Source: an uncultured Hyphomicrobium sp. (GTDB lineage Bacteria > Pseudomonadota > Alphaproteobacteria > Rhizobiales > Hyphomicrobiaceae). Taken from it: a DNA stretch of 64,000 nucleotides. The DNA lies in contig NZ_CADEFI010000001.1 in NCBI RefSeq assembly GCF_902826555.1, positions 136,971 to 200,970 of the forward strand, written 5' to 3'. Both the position numbers and the translations under genes were made by a program. A model generated the notes under the pieces. It saw nothing but the letters and a program-made list of their open reading frames with translations. It searched no databases and had not been told where the DNA came from. Below are positions 1 to 10,600 of this stretch, in pieces (the first letter of the stretch is position 1; the number at the start of each line of letters is the position of its first letter).

Positions 1-135
1 GCCCTCGCGGGTGACGAGATACTTGGCGGCCGTATCGAGCCCCGAAAAGAGCGCAACCGCCATCAGCATGAGGCCGATGGCCTGGAGCCGGTGACGTGCG
101 GTCTCGGTCGAGGGGGCAGGGTGCGGGCGGTTCAT
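1..135 (-). CDS. DMT/EamA-family transporter, N-terminal fragment; the gene continues past the window edge
   Basis: Manual reverse-strand translation from CAT at 133-135 gives MNRPHPAPSTETARHRLQAIGLMLMAVALFSGLDTAAKYLVTREG. This is a hydrophobic first helix followed by a D-x3-K-type motif, as in EamA/RhaT transporters. It is truncated, so it is absent from the ORF track. Confidence 0.45.
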   Translation of the reverse strand, partial: MNRPHPAPSTETARHRLQAIGLMLMAVALFSGLDTAAKYLVTREG

Positions 136-271
136 ATCGGTCGGCTGTTTTTGTGCGCCCCTCATACCCGATGGCGGTTCGAAAGCGACGCGGCATTTTT
201 CCGGACGGCACACATGGCCACAAAAAGTGCGGCTCTCCCGTGACATCTCCGCCCTTGGGCTGCGGCTTTTC

Positions 272-300
272 TTGACCGGGCGTGTCCCGCCCCCTAGAAA
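272..300 (+). promoter_or_regulatory. Candidate sigma70-type promoter for tRNA-Lys (TTGACC-N17-TAGAAA)
   Basis: TTGACC at 272-277, a 17-nt spacer, then TAGAAA at 295-300, about 50 nt upstream of the tRNA 5' end. Hexamer match only. Confidence 0.3.
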
Positions 301-350
301 GCGCTCTCTTGAAACGATGCCGGCAGCCTTTCTGGCCGCGGCACGGGTCG

Positions 351-425
351 GGGCCGGTAGCTCAGAGGTAGAGCACGTGACTTTTAATCATGGGGTCGAG
401 GGTTCGATTCCCTCCCGGCTCACCA
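351..425 (+). tRNA. tRNA-Lys (anticodon TTT)
   Basis: 75-nt cloverleaf folded by hand. Acceptor GGGCCGG/CCGGCTC, D arm GCTC...GAGC, anticodon loop CTTTTAA, T arm GAGGG-TTCGATT-CCCTC, encoded CCA. Confidence 0.93.
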
Positions 426-631
426 CCCATTTCCAGCCCATACAGGGTTGAGCAGTTTGAGTTGCCAGCAATCGGCTATCGCGGGGCTTCATTCGCTGCG
501 ACCCGCCGGATATCGGGCGCCACCTTTTCCTCGGTCCTCCTGCATCGCCTGCCCGCGCGTCCGCGTCGGGGGGAACCGGCTCCGTCCTAGGGGGTTTCCT
601 GCAAACAGGAAACAGGTAGGAGGTGCCGAGA

Positions 632-865
632 ATGGCTTATAGCGACGACACCGATACCCGCTTGAGGGGATCCCGCAATCAGAGGCCAATGGCTGAGGAC
701 GCAGGCCCGAATTACGGTGTGCGCGCTCTCGGAGTGGTTGCGGCCGTGGTCGTGATCTGGCTTGTTGCCGCTCTATTGACGCGGCCCGTCAACAAACTGC
801 CGCCGCAGGCGGATCCGGCGCTGTCGGAGCAATCGCACGTCACTCCCTCTCCGGACAGTCCCTAG
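632..865 (+). CDS. Small hypothetical membrane protein (one predicted TM helix)
   Basis: ATG at 632 follows a strong SD (TAGGAGG at 617-623). The product MAYSDD...ALGVVAAVVVIWLVAALLT... contains one clear hydrophobic helix. No family recognised. Confidence 0.4.
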   Translation: MAYSDDTDTRLRGSRNQRPMAEDAGPNYGVRALGVVAAVVVIWLVAALLTRPVNKLPPQADPALSEQSHVTPSPDSP

Positions 866-875
866 ACAGGAATGC

Positions 876-1361
876 TCAGCGGAGCGGGATGTCGGCGACC
901 TTGTCTTTGTACTCCTGCTTCGGGTCGGCGCCGAGCAAGAGCTTAATTCCGGCGTAGAGGCTGGTGGCGTTCTCCCAGATCTGCGCGCGCTCGGCGTCGA
1001 AGCGCAGCAGCGCCAGTTTCGGATCGTCCTTTCCGCCTTCGAACCAGGCGGCAATGAACGGATTCCAAAGACGGTCGATGACGGCGCGGTCGTTGTCGAG
1101 GACAAGGCCTCCGTGTACGGCAGCGAACAGCTGGTGATCCTTGGAGGTGAATGTCGCGATGGCGCGCTGCCCTCTCCCAAACGTCTGCACGATCTCGCTG
1201 TCCTTGGCGGTGAAGAACCAAATCGGAGGATGCTCACCTTCCAGTAGTGCCGTCATCGGGCGCGGGTTCGCGGCATCGATGCCGTCGAGGCCCAGCATCA
1301 TCGTCATGTCTGATTTGAGGGCCTGCCAGAATTTTTCTTCGAGCTCTTTGGGGGTCGGCAT
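876..1361 (-). CDS. Pyridoxamine 5'-phosphate oxidase-like FMN-binding protein (general stress protein 26 family)
   Basis: The 161-aa ORF MPTPKELEEKFWQALKSDMTMMLGL...IWFFTAKDSEIV... matches the GSP26/PNPOx-like family architecture and length. Confidence 0.8.
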   Translation of the reverse strand: MPTPKELEEKFWQALKSDMTMMLGLDGIDAANPRPMTALLEGEHPPIWFFTAKDSEIVQTFGRGQRAIATFTSKDHQLFAAVHGGLVLDNDRAVIDRLWNPFIAAWFEGGKDDPKLALLRFDAERAQIWENATSLYAGIKLLLGADPKQEYKDKVADIPLR

Positions 1362-1500
1362 CGATCGGCTCCGTTGCTTTGCGAACGAACGGGCGGCGCG
1401 TGCCGAAGTTCCAGGTGCGACGCTTTTCGTGGCGGCAAGCCTTCGGTTCGCTCTACGGCAATTGACCGCCTTGGCTGGGACATGAACTGACGCCAGGCCG

Positions 1501-1797
1501 TCAGCGGAGGCGATAGCAGTTGGTATACGTGCGCGGCGTGCGGGTGACGTCGTAACCCGTCAGGCACTGCACGAGCGTGGTTTCCGTTGGATGGCGGAAG
1601 AGGATCATGGCCGAGCGATTGTCGAAGGTGCTGGTGAAGCCCGCCACCTGCCAGCCCGATTTCAGGAGATCTTCGATGGAGATCTGCTCCTCGGGCTCGG
1701 ATTTTTGATCGGCAGCTTGGATCGGGGCCGGTGCGACGAGTGAGAGCACGGCAGCGGTGAGCAGGTGTCTTGCTGACGGTTGCGTGATTGGCGGCAT
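1501..1797 (-). CDS. Small secreted hypothetical protein
   Basis: Internal ATG at 1797 is preceded by a GAGGAGG SD. The N-terminus MPPITQPSARHLLTAAVLSLVAPAPIQA-ADQ looks like a Sec signal peptide. No family recognised. Confidence 0.55.
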   Translation of the reverse strand: MPPITQPSARHLLTAAVLSLVAPAPIQAADQKSEPEEQISIEDLLKSGWQVAGFTSTFDNRSAMILFRHPTETTLVQCLTGYDVTRTPRTYTNCYRLR

Positions 1798-1859
1798 TGG
1801 GGCCTCCTCGGAGTGTACGCCGCCCTGGAGGCCAACGGCTGTCCGTCCTCCAGCTTGGC

Positions 1860-2561
1860 TCACGGGCGCGCCGCGTTGCGTGCGGGCTTCGACCGGCTTG
1901 CGGCATAGCCGGGGTCGATGGATTCGAGCGCGACATGGGGCTCGTTGATGCCATTCATGGTGCGCTTGCAGACGTCTTTCCAGAGGGCTTTCGTCATATG
2001 CACGGCCGGGTCCCAGAGGGCCATGCAGTCGGCAAGCGTCGGGCCGCCGCCTTCGGTGATGACGACGCCGCTGCTGCCGCCGCTCTGCTCGAGGCTCTGC
2101 GTGTCGCTCGCCTGCGGCTCGGCGATGGCGGGCGCTGCGGGTGTTGGCGGGATGGTGGTCGGCGTCGGGGGGATCGAGACCGGGGCCGGATCGCCGCCCG
2201 TGGCGGAAAACCGGGATTCGGCCATGGCCTCACAGTTGGCCGATACCTCGCCTTCGCACTGGGTGGCGAAATTGGGCGGCTCGGTCGGTGCGGCGGTCTG
2301 GCTCGTCGTATCCGAGGGTGCGGACGCCGCTGATCCGCTCCGGCGCGAGGACGGGGTGCTTGCGGCTTTGGGGTCCAGTGCCAGCGGCGTGGAAATTGTG
2401 CTGCCGGACGGTTGGACGTGGGGGGCGGCGATCCCGCGGGCGTGGCCGCCGCCGCTCCCACCGGCACCATGGGCGCATGCGCCGGCACTGAGCACGATCA
2501 GGCTCAGTGTCACGGTCACGGCTCTACATCCTGCTTTCCACGTGTGATCGAGCTTCAGCAT
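1860..2561 (-). CDS. Secreted Pro/Ala/Ser-rich hypothetical protein with a Cys-containing C-terminal motif
   Basis: ATG at 2561 with a GGAGAG SD. Signal-like N-terminus MLKLDHTWKAGCRAVTVTLSLIVLSAGACA, a long low-complexity linker, and the C-terminal motif ADCMALWDPAVHMTKALWKDVCKRTMNGI. Confidence 0.55.
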   Translation of the reverse strand: MLKLDHTWKAGCRAVTVTLSLIVLSAGACAHGAGGSGGGHARGIAAPHVQPSGSTISTPLALDPKAASTPSSRRSGSAASAPSDTTSQTAAPTEPPNFATQCEGEVSANCEAMAESRFSATGGDPAPVSIPPTPTTIPPTPAAPAIAEPQASDTQSLEQSGGSSGVVITEGGGPTLADCMALWDPAVHMTKALWKDVCKRTMNGINEPHVALESIDPGYAASRSKPARNAARP

Positions 2562-2905
2562 GGCTGCTCTCCATCGACATTTGGCGATCAGAATTACGTG
2601 GCCGTGACGGCGTGCCTGCCCAAGGGGCTCAAGGCTCACATGAGGGCCGCCGGCGGTTACTTTTACGTAAGGGTTGCCGACTTCAATCCCGGTGCGTTGG
2701 CCGGCGGGCGTGGAACGCGGACCGGCTGCTACTTGCGGCCGTGGCATGCCGCGATTAGGGTGCGCCGACGCACGGCTTGGGCAGGACGATGATATGGTCG
2801 ACCCAATGCCATGACATCCCGTCGGTTTCGGGTTCGTGTCCTCGGCCAAGGTTTCGCGGCTGAGGACGACCCTGCGGGCGGCTTGAGGACCACAAGGAGG
2901 GTTTC

Positions 2906-3772
2906 GTGCCGGAGAGCGCCAAGAACTGGATTGTCGAGACGGACTGGCTGCAAGCGCATCTGGACGCGCCCGATCTGATCGTGCTCGACGGCTCCTGGCA
3001 TCTGCCGAACTCGGGGCGCGATGCGAAGGCGGAGTACCTGGCCGAGCACATTCCGGGTGCGCTGTTCTTCGATATCGACGATCTTGTCGATGAGAAGTCG
3101 CCTCTGCCTCACATGCTGCCTCCGACGCCCAAGTTCGCCTCGCGCATGAAGAAAATGGGCGTGGGCGATGGCATGCGCATCGTGGTCTACGACACCTACG
3201 GTCTGTTCTCGGCGGCCCGCGTCTGGTGGACGTTCCGGGCCATGGGGCACCAGGACGTTGCCGTGCTGAACGGCGGCTTGAGGAAATGGAAGGCCGAGGG
3301 GCGTCCGCTTGAGGACATGCCGCCGATCACCCGCACGGCGCGTCATTTCACGCCGCTGCTCAACAACTCGCTGGTGCGCGACCTCGACGACATGAAGAGC
3401 TACGTCGCCAGCGGCGACACGCAGATCGTGGACGCGCGTCCGAAGGGACGCTTCGAGGGTACGGAGGCGGAGCCCCGCCCGGGCCTGCGCTCGGGACACA
3501 TTCCGGGGGCCAAGAACGTGCCGTCGGGCACCATCCTCAACAAGGACGGCACGCTGAAATCCAAGGCAGAGCTCGAGCAGATCTTCCGGGATGTGGGGAT
3601 CGATCCGCAGAAGCCGGTCGTCACCACGTGCGGCTCGGGCGTTACGGCGTCGATGCTGTCGCTGGCCTTGAGCGTCATCGGCCAGACCAACGCGGCCGTG
3701 TACGACGGTTCGTGGGCCGAGTGGGGCCAGGAGAGCCTCGGAACGCCCGTCGAGACGGGACCCGCAAAGTAA
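2906..3772 (+). CDS. sseA: 3-mercaptopyruvate sulfurtransferase (tandem rhodanese)
   Basis: GTG start after an AGGAGG SD, 288 aa, two rhodanese repeats and the active-site loop CGSGVTA typical of SseA/MST. Confidence 0.88.
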   Translation: MPESAKNWIVETDWLQAHLDAPDLIVLDGSWHLPNSGRDAKAEYLAEHIPGALFFDIDDLVDEKSPLPHMLPPTPKFASRMKKMGVGDGMRIVVYDTYGLFSAARVWWTFRAMGHQDVAVLNGGLRKWKAEGRPLEDMPPITRTARHFTPLLNNSLVRDLDDMKSYVASGDTQIVDARPKGRFEGTEAEPRPGLRSGHIPGAKNVPSGTILNKDGTLKSKAELEQIFRDVGIDPQKPVVTTCGSGVTASMLSLALSVIGQTNAAVYDGSWAEWGQESLGTPVETGPAK

Positions 3773-3874
3773 GCAGGGTCGAGGTGTCCTCCCATCGGTG
3801 ATCGTGTATCGTCGGGGCTGCTGCCTGCGTCAGCCCGGCGTGGATCGATTGCGGATAGGGAAGGGAGCACCTGC

Positions 3875-4558
3875 TTGCGGAGCCTTATTCCAACACTCGC
3901 GCTGCTCGGTGTTCTCGGTTCTGCCGCCGAGCCGGCGTTGGCGCAGGAGAAAGGCACCTGCATCGACGACGCGATGCTGGTGTTCGACGCTTCGGGATCC
4001 ATGGCCGGAACCGACATGAATGCCGTGCGCCCCCATATTGCGACCGTGCGCGAGGCGCTGGCCGCGGTTCTGCCGGCCGTCACACCGCGCAGGCATCTGG
4101 GTCTCATGGTCTACGGTCCCGGATCAGCTTACGGCTGCAGCAACATCCAGTTGCGTCTCAAGCCGGGTCCGAATAGCGCCACCACGATCCTGGGCGAGGT
4201 CGATGCCGTCGTGCCGGGCGGGCAAACGCCGCTGACGGCCGCCGTGCGAGGTGCGGCCGAGGAGCTTCACTATCGCAACGAGCCGGCGGTGGTGGTGCTG
4301 CTGACGGACGGCGAGGAAACGTGCGGCGGCGATCCGTGCCGGATGGCGCGCGAGCTGCGTGCGCAGGCGCGTGATCTCACCATCCATGTGGTTGGATTCA
4401 AGGTGGCGGGCTCCACCTGGCTGCAGGCGGGAACCGGCTCGTCCTGCATGGCCGAGGAGACGGGCGGCCTCTCCATCACGGCGCACGACAAGGACGAGCT
4501 GATCGCTGCGCTGCAGAAGACGCTGACGTGTCCGTTGTTCTCGGAGAGGCGGCGATAG
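3875..4558 (+). CDS. Secreted von Willebrand factor type A (vWA) domain protein
   Basis: TTG start, signal peptide MRSLIPTLALLGVLGSAAEPALA, MIDAS motif DASGSM, and later LLTDGEETCGG. Single-domain vWA protein. Confidence 0.78.
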   Translation: MRSLIPTLALLGVLGSAAEPALAQEKGTCIDDAMLVFDASGSMAGTDMNAVRPHIATVREALAAVLPAVTPRRHLGLMVYGPGSAYGCSNIQLRLKPGPNSATTILGEVDAVVPGGQTPLTAAVRGAAEELHYRNEPAVVVLLTDGEETCGGDPCRMARELRAQARDLTIHVVGFKVAGSTWLQAGTGSSCMAEETGGLSITAHDKDELIAALQKTLTCPLFSERRR

Positions 4559-4579
4559 AAGGCGCTTTGCCGGCACGCT

Positions 4580-6199
4580 TCAGGCGTCGGGGAAGTACTG
4601 GAAAACCCAGGTCTCCGTCAGTGCGCGGTCGCCTTTGCGCAGGAACATGCGGATGTCGACGGGATTCTCGCCGGTGGCCTCGAGATCGAACAACGCGCGC
4701 CAGCGCTCGCGCTGATCGACCACGGGATGGCAATAGGCGTTGCTCAAAACCCCTCGCGACGGGCTGACGACGATCTCGACGCCATCGTCGCGGCCGAGGT
4801 CTTTCAGCACCTTGCCTTGGAAGTCGATGACGAACTTGCGGACGCCCTCGGGCCGTTTGTGTCCTGGCCGGCCGCCGATGCCGGTCCAGGTGGCGGTGGC
4901 TTTCGCGAGCGCAGCGGGAAACGGAATGTCGTCCAGCCAGCGCAGGCGATAGCGGTAGGTGCGGGTTTCGCCGGCCCTGAACGGGCCATTCGGGCACCAG
5001 TAGGCGGCGATGTTGTCGTGGATCTCATCGTCGGTCGGGATCTCGAGGAGATGCAGCTCGCCTTCCCCGAAGGGGGCGATGGGCTCGACCCAGACCGAGG
5101 CGCGACGCTCGTAGAAAACGCTGTCGTCGAGATAGTGCACGAAATCGCGGTCGCGCTGGAGCAGGCCAAAGCCACGGATGTTGTTGTCGAGGAAGGCGTT
5201 GCCCATGACGCGCGGCGGGTTGTTCAGCGGGCGCCAGATGCGCTCTCCGGCGCCGGTCCAGATGGCGAGGCCGTCGGAGTCGTGAATCTCGGGGCGCCAG
5301 TCGACGATCTGGCGGCGGCTCGTCTCGCCGTACCAGTACATGCTCGAAAATGGTGCGATGCCGAGGCGGCCGATGTCGCGGCGGGCGTAGAGCCGCGCCT
5401 CGATGTCCATGTCGATGCGCGCCACGTTGTTGGTGCCGACCGAGCGCTGGGCGGTGATGCGGTAGGCGCCGGTGACGCTCTGGCTGTCGAGGTAGGCGTA
5501 GATGACGACGGAGTCGCCTTTGGGCGTGCTCGAAAGCCAGAACTCGGTGAAGCGAGGAAACTCCTCGGGCGTCGGCGCACCGGTATCGATGGCAAGGCCG
5601 CGCGCGGACAGGCCGTACTGATTGTAAGGGCCAGAGGCTCGGAAATAGGAGGCGCCGAGGAAGGCCAGCCAATCCGTCTTGAGGTCGGGCGCCATGACGC
5701 GGAAACCGGCAAAGCCAATGCCTTCGGGAAGCTCGCGCGCGGGATGGCCGGCCGGCGTGTCGAAGAGGCTGGCATTGTAGAGAACTTCCTGCGCGGTATC
5801 GTCTTTGATCAGATGTATTTTGACGGCATCGCGGGAGAATTTGCCGAGGTGAAAGAGTTGCACCGGGAGTGCGCGACCGTCTCCGAGCATCAGGCTCATC
5901 TCGGGACGAAAGCGGATCTCCTGATAAGCATCGTAGTCGATGCGGTCCAAGATGCTGGCCGCAACCGGCGGAGTCGGCTGCCAGGGAACGTGCGCATTCG
6001 CTGCGGCGCGCTCGGAGAGGATGTCGAAGGAAAAGGGCTCGGAAGTACCCAACGCGGCGCCTGCCGGGGCGGCACGTGCATTCGATCCGCTCCCGGATGT
6101 TCCGGCATCGGCATTCGAAATGCCGCCTATCGTGGTCGCGAAGCCGGCAGCGGCTGCTCCTGCCAGGATCTGGCGGCGATCTAGGTTCGAGCCTGTCAC
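4580..6199 (-). CDS. opgD: Periplasmic glucan biosynthesis protein, OpgD/MdoD type (Tat signal)
   Basis: 539 aa. Twin-arginine N-terminus (DRRQILAGAAAAGFA) followed by MdoG/MdoD family sequence over the full length. Confidence 0.88.
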   Translation of the reverse strand: MTGSNLDRRQILAGAAAAGFATTIGGISNADAGTSGSGSNARAAPAGAALGTSEPFSFDILSERAAANAHVPWQPTPPVAASILDRIDYDAYQEIRFRPEMSLMLGDGRALPVQLFHLGKFSRDAVKIHLIKDDTAQEVLYNASLFDTPAGHPARELPEGIGFAGFRVMAPDLKTDWLAFLGASYFRASGPYNQYGLSARGLAIDTGAPTPEEFPRFTEFWLSSTPKGDSVVIYAYLDSQSVTGAYRITAQRSVGTNNVARIDMDIEARLYARRDIGRLGIAPFSSMYWYGETSRRQIVDWRPEIHDSDGLAIWTGAGERIWRPLNNPPRVMGNAFLDNNIRGFGLLQRDRDFVHYLDDSVFYERRASVWVEPIAPFGEGELHLLEIPTDDEIHDNIAAYWCPNGPFRAGETRTYRYRLRWLDDIPFPAALAKATATWTGIGGRPGHKRPEGVRKFVIDFQGKVLKDLGRDDGVEIVVSPSRGVLSNAYCHPVVDQRERWRALFDLEATGENPVDIRMFLRKGDRALTETWVFQYFPDA

Positions 6200-6392
6200 G
6201 ATCTTGCTTTCATCGGTCGACTACGGTGCTTCCGATGTGTCCCCTAGCGCAGAACGGTGTGTCTGGCCAGCATCCGGCGGCCGCCCCCTGTCCGCGTGTT
6301 GCACTGCGTAATGCTCTGGGCATGGATGGGGAGATCCGGCTATAGGTTATGGCCGTAAGGATCCCAGTCAGATCTGGGGCGGGGCGGGGCGA

Positions 6393-7562
6393 ATGGCAAT
6401 GAGGGGTTCCATGACGCGTTACTTTGGCGTGGCCGTTACGCTTTTGCTGCTCGCGGCGATGCAGGCTCCATCCGCAGCGCCTCTTTTTGCACAGGGGCCG
6501 CCTTCGCCGTCCGTCACGGTCGCGCAGCCCATCGCCAAGCGCATCAGTACGTGGGACGAATACTCGGGCCGTTTCGAGGCAGTGGAAACGGTTGAGGTGC
6601 GGCCTCGCGTCTCGGGCTTCGTCGACAAAGTGCATTTCAAGGACGGCCAGATCGTCAAGGCGGGCGATCCGCTGTTCACAATCGATCCGCGGCCGTTCGA
6701 GATCGCGGCCGAAAGCTCGCGAGCCGAAATCGCGCGTGCGAGGGCTCAGGTGGCGCTCGCCATGAGCGAAGTAGAGCGCGCTGCGCCGCTGGTGCGATCC
6801 GGCGCGGTCACGGAGCGCGACTTTACGCAACGCAGCGCCAATCTCAATGTTACGGAGGCGCAGCTCCAGGTCGCCGAGGCCAACCTCAAGAGCGCCGAAC
6901 TCAATCTCGAATGGACGGTCGTGAAGGCGCCGATCTCGGGGCGGATCTCGGATCGCAAGGTCGATACCGGCAACTTGGTGATCGGCGGGGCGCAGGGGAC
7001 GACGCTGCTCACGACGATCGTATCGCTCGATCCCATCCATTTCCTGTTCGACGCATCGGAAGCCGACTACCTGCGCTATCAGCGGCTCGCCTCGTCGGGA
7101 CAACGGGCGTCGTCGCGCGACAGCTCGAATCCCGTGCTCGTGCGGCTCGCGGACGAAGCCGATTGGGTGCACGAGGGCAAGATGGACTTCGTCGACAACC
7201 AGTTCAATCCGCGCTCGGGCACGATGCGCGGGCGCGCCATTCTCGAAAACAAGGATCAGCTGTTCGCGCCCGGTATTTTCGCGCGCCTCAGGCTGTTCGG
7301 CGGCGAGGTGGATGCGTTGCTCATTCCCGACAGCGCGATCGTCGCGGATCAGATGAAGAAGATCGTGTTCGTGGTGGGCGACGACGGTGTCGTCAAGGCT
7401 GCGGCCGTGACGCTGGGCCCGATCTACGAGGGGCTGAGAGTGGTCAAGAGCGGGCTTCAGGCGAGCGACAAGATCGTGCTGGACGGCCTCGCCAATCCGA
7501 TGGTGAGGGCAGGGGCCAAGGTGGTTACCCAGCCGGGCGAGATCAAACCCACGGCACCCTGA
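6393..7562 (+). CDS. RND efflux periplasmic adaptor (membrane fusion protein)
   Basis: 389 aa. Signal/anchor, then typical HlyD/AcrA-like motifs (VEVRPRVSGFVDKVHFKDGQIVKAGDPLFTIDPRPF). Lies immediately upstream of the RND pump. Confidence 0.9.
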   Translation: MAMRGSMTRYFGVAVTLLLLAAMQAPSAAPLFAQGPPSPSVTVAQPIAKRISTWDEYSGRFEAVETVEVRPRVSGFVDKVHFKDGQIVKAGDPLFTIDPRPFEIAAESSRAEIARARAQVALAMSEVERAAPLVRSGAVTERDFTQRSANLNVTEAQLQVAEANLKSAELNLEWTVVKAPISGRISDRKVDTGNLVIGGAQGTTLLTTIVSLDPIHFLFDASEADYLRYQRLASSGQRASSRDSSNPVLVRLADEADWVHEGKMDFVDNQFNPRSGTMRGRAILENKDQLFAPGIFARLRLFGGEVDALLIPDSAIVADQMKKIVFVVGDDGVVKAAAVTLGPIYEGLRVVKSGLQASDKIVLDGLANPMVRAGAKVVTQPGEIKPTAP

Positions 7563-7612
7563 TCACGGCGGTCGAAACGGTTCAATAGGGCCGAGGCCCG
7601 CGGAAGAGTCCC

Positions 7613-10600
7613 ATGCGCTTCTCACATTTCTTCATCGACCGGCCGATCTTCGCCACCGTGCTTTCGGTGATCCTGACCATCGTGGGCGTGATCGCGGGCA
7701 TCGCCCTGCCGATCGCGGAGTATCCCGAAATCGCTCCGCCGACCGTCAACATCACGGCCACCTATCCGGGCGCCTCCGCGGCGGTGATCGCGGAGACAGT
7801 CGCGGCGCCGATCGAGCAGGAGGTGAACGGCGTCGACAACATGCTCTATATCGTCTCGCAGTCGACGGGCGACGGGCGGTTGTCGATCAGCGTGGTGTTC
7901 AAGCCCGGCACCAACATCGACCAGGCGCAGGTGCTGGTGCAGAACCGCGTCTCGATCGCCGAGCCCCGGCTGCCCGAGGACGTTCGCCGTCTCGGCCTCA
8001 CCGTGCTCAAGGCGTCGCCCGACCTGATGATGGTCGTGCACATGATCTCGCCCGACGGCACGCGCGACCAGCAGTACATCTCGAACTATGCGACCCTCTA
8101 CATCCGGGACCGGCTGGCGCGCATCGACGGCATCGGCGATTCACGCGTGTTCGGTGCTCGCGACTATTCGATGCGCATCTGGCTCGACCCCGAGAAGGTT
8201 GCCTCCCGCAACCTGACCGCGGGCGAGGTGGTGGCCGCGCTCCGGGCCGCGAACCTTCAGGTTGCCGCCGGGTCCATCAATCAGCCGCCGGCCTCGTCGC
8301 CGGGCGGCTTTACGCTCTCCGTGCATACCCTCGGGCGCCTGACCACGACGGAGGAGTTCGAGAACATCGTCGTCAGGGCCGAGGCCACGGGCGAGGTGGT
8401 GCGTGTCCGCGATATCGCACGCGTCGAACTCGGCTCGCAGGATTACACGGTCAACGCCTACCTTTCGAACAAGGTGGCGACGGCGGTGGTGCTGTTCCAG
8501 CGGCCGGGCTCCAATGCGCTGGCGACGGCTGCGGCGGTCAAGGCCGAGATGGAGGTGCTGGCCAAAGATTTTCCGCCAGGGCTCGCCTACACCATCGTCT
8601 ACAACCCGACGGATTTCATCCGCTATTCGATCGATGCCGTGGTCAGCACGTTCGTCGAGGCGTTGATTCTGGTCGTGCTCGTCGTCGTGCTGTTCCTGCA
8701 GACGTGGCGCGCGGCCGTGATCCCGATCATCGCCATTCCGGTGTCGCTCGTCGGCGCATTCATCGTCATGGGCGCGCTCGGGATCTCGTTCAACACGCTT
8801 TCGCTGTTCGGCCTGGTGCTCGCCATCGGCATCGTCGTGGACGACGCCATCGTGGTGGTGGAGAACGTCGAGCGAAAACTCTCGGAAGGCTTCTCGCCCA
8901 AGGAGGCCGCTCACCAGACCATGGACGAGGTCGGCGGCGCGCTGGTGGCCATCACGGCGACATTGATCGCGGTGTTCGTGCCGACGGCATTCATCTCGGG
9001 ATTGCAGGGAACGTTCTACAAGCAATTCGCCATTACCATCGCCGCCTCGACGGCGATCTCCTGCTTCGTGTCGCTGACGCTTTCGCCGGCCCTCGCGGCA
9101 TTGCTTCTGAAGCCCCATGCCCATCATGATGAGAAGCGATCGCTGATATCGCGCATTCTGGGAGCGCCGCTGCGGCTGTTTTTCCGCGGCTTCAACGCGG
9201 CCTTCGACGGGCTTTCGCACGGCTACGCCGGCATCACGAGCCGGCTGATCCGCTTGCCGCTGCTGCTGCTGCTGATTTACGGCGGACTTCTGTTCCTCAC
9301 CTACGACCGGCTGGCCAAGACGCCGACGGGCCTGATCCCTTCGCTCGACCGCACCTATTTCATCGCCGTGTTTCAGCTGCCGCCGGGCTCGACGCTCGAT
9401 CGCACGGATGCGGTGGTGCGGCGGGCGTCCGACCTCATGATCAAGCGGCCGGGCGTGTCGGATGCGGTGGCGTTCGCGGGCTTCGACGGCGCAACCTTCA
9501 CCAACGCGCCGAACACGGCCGTGATCTTCGTGCGGCTCAAGAGCTTCGAGGATCGCCTCAAGGAAGGTCTGACGAAGGATCAGATCCTCGGCGACCTGCG
9601 CGGGCAGATGGCGTCCATCAAGGAGGCGTTCGCGTTCGTGCTCGAGCCGCCCTCGGTGCCCGGCATCGGTACGGGCGGCGGCCTCAAGGGCTATGTGCAG
9701 GACCGGGCGGGGCGCGGGTATCCGGCGCTCGAAGGCGCGGCGTGGACGGTCGCGGGCGGGGCCGGGCAGGTTCCCGGTATCGTGCAGCCATTTACGCTCT
9801 TCAACACGCGCACGCCGCAGATCTGGGCGGATATCGACCGTACCAAGGCCGAGCAGCTCGGGGTGCCGATCGGGCGCGTGTTCGATGCGCTCTCGGTTTA
9901 TATGGGCTCGGCGTTCGTCAACGATTTCAACATTCTGGGTCGCACGTACCGCGTGACCGCGCAGGCCGACAATCCGTTCCGCGTGACGCTCCGGGACGTT
10001 GCGAACCTCAAGACACGCAGCGATTCCGGGGACATGGTTCCGCTCGGCTCGGTGGCGACGTTCTCCGACACCACCGGTCCCTATCGCGTGCCGCGCTACA
10101 ACCTGTTCCCGGCAGCAGAGGTGCAGGTGGGCCTCGCGCGCGGCTACTCGTCGGGGCAAGGCATCACCGCCATCGAGCACATCGTCGATACGGCGCTGCC
10201 GTCGGGCTTCGGCTTCGAATGGACGGAGATCGCGCTGCAGGAGAAGCTGGCGGGGAACACGGCGGTGATCGCGTTCGGGCTCGCGGTGGTGTTCGTGTTC
10301 CTGGTGCTCGCGGCCCTCTACGAGAGCTGGCTGCTGCCGCTGGCCGTCATTCTGATCGTGCCGATGTGTATCCTGGCGGCGATGCTGGGCGTGAACCTGC
10401 AGGGCTTGGACCGCAACATTCTGGTCGAGATCGGGCTCGTGGTGCTGGTGGGCCTCGCCGCCAAGAACGCGATCCTGATCGTCGAGTTCGCCAAGCAGGC
10501 GGAGGAGGCGGGCATGAGCCGCTTCGATGCTGCGGTGAGCGCGGCGCGCACGCGTCTGCGTCCCATCCTCATGACGTCGCTGGCCTTTATTCTCGGCGTG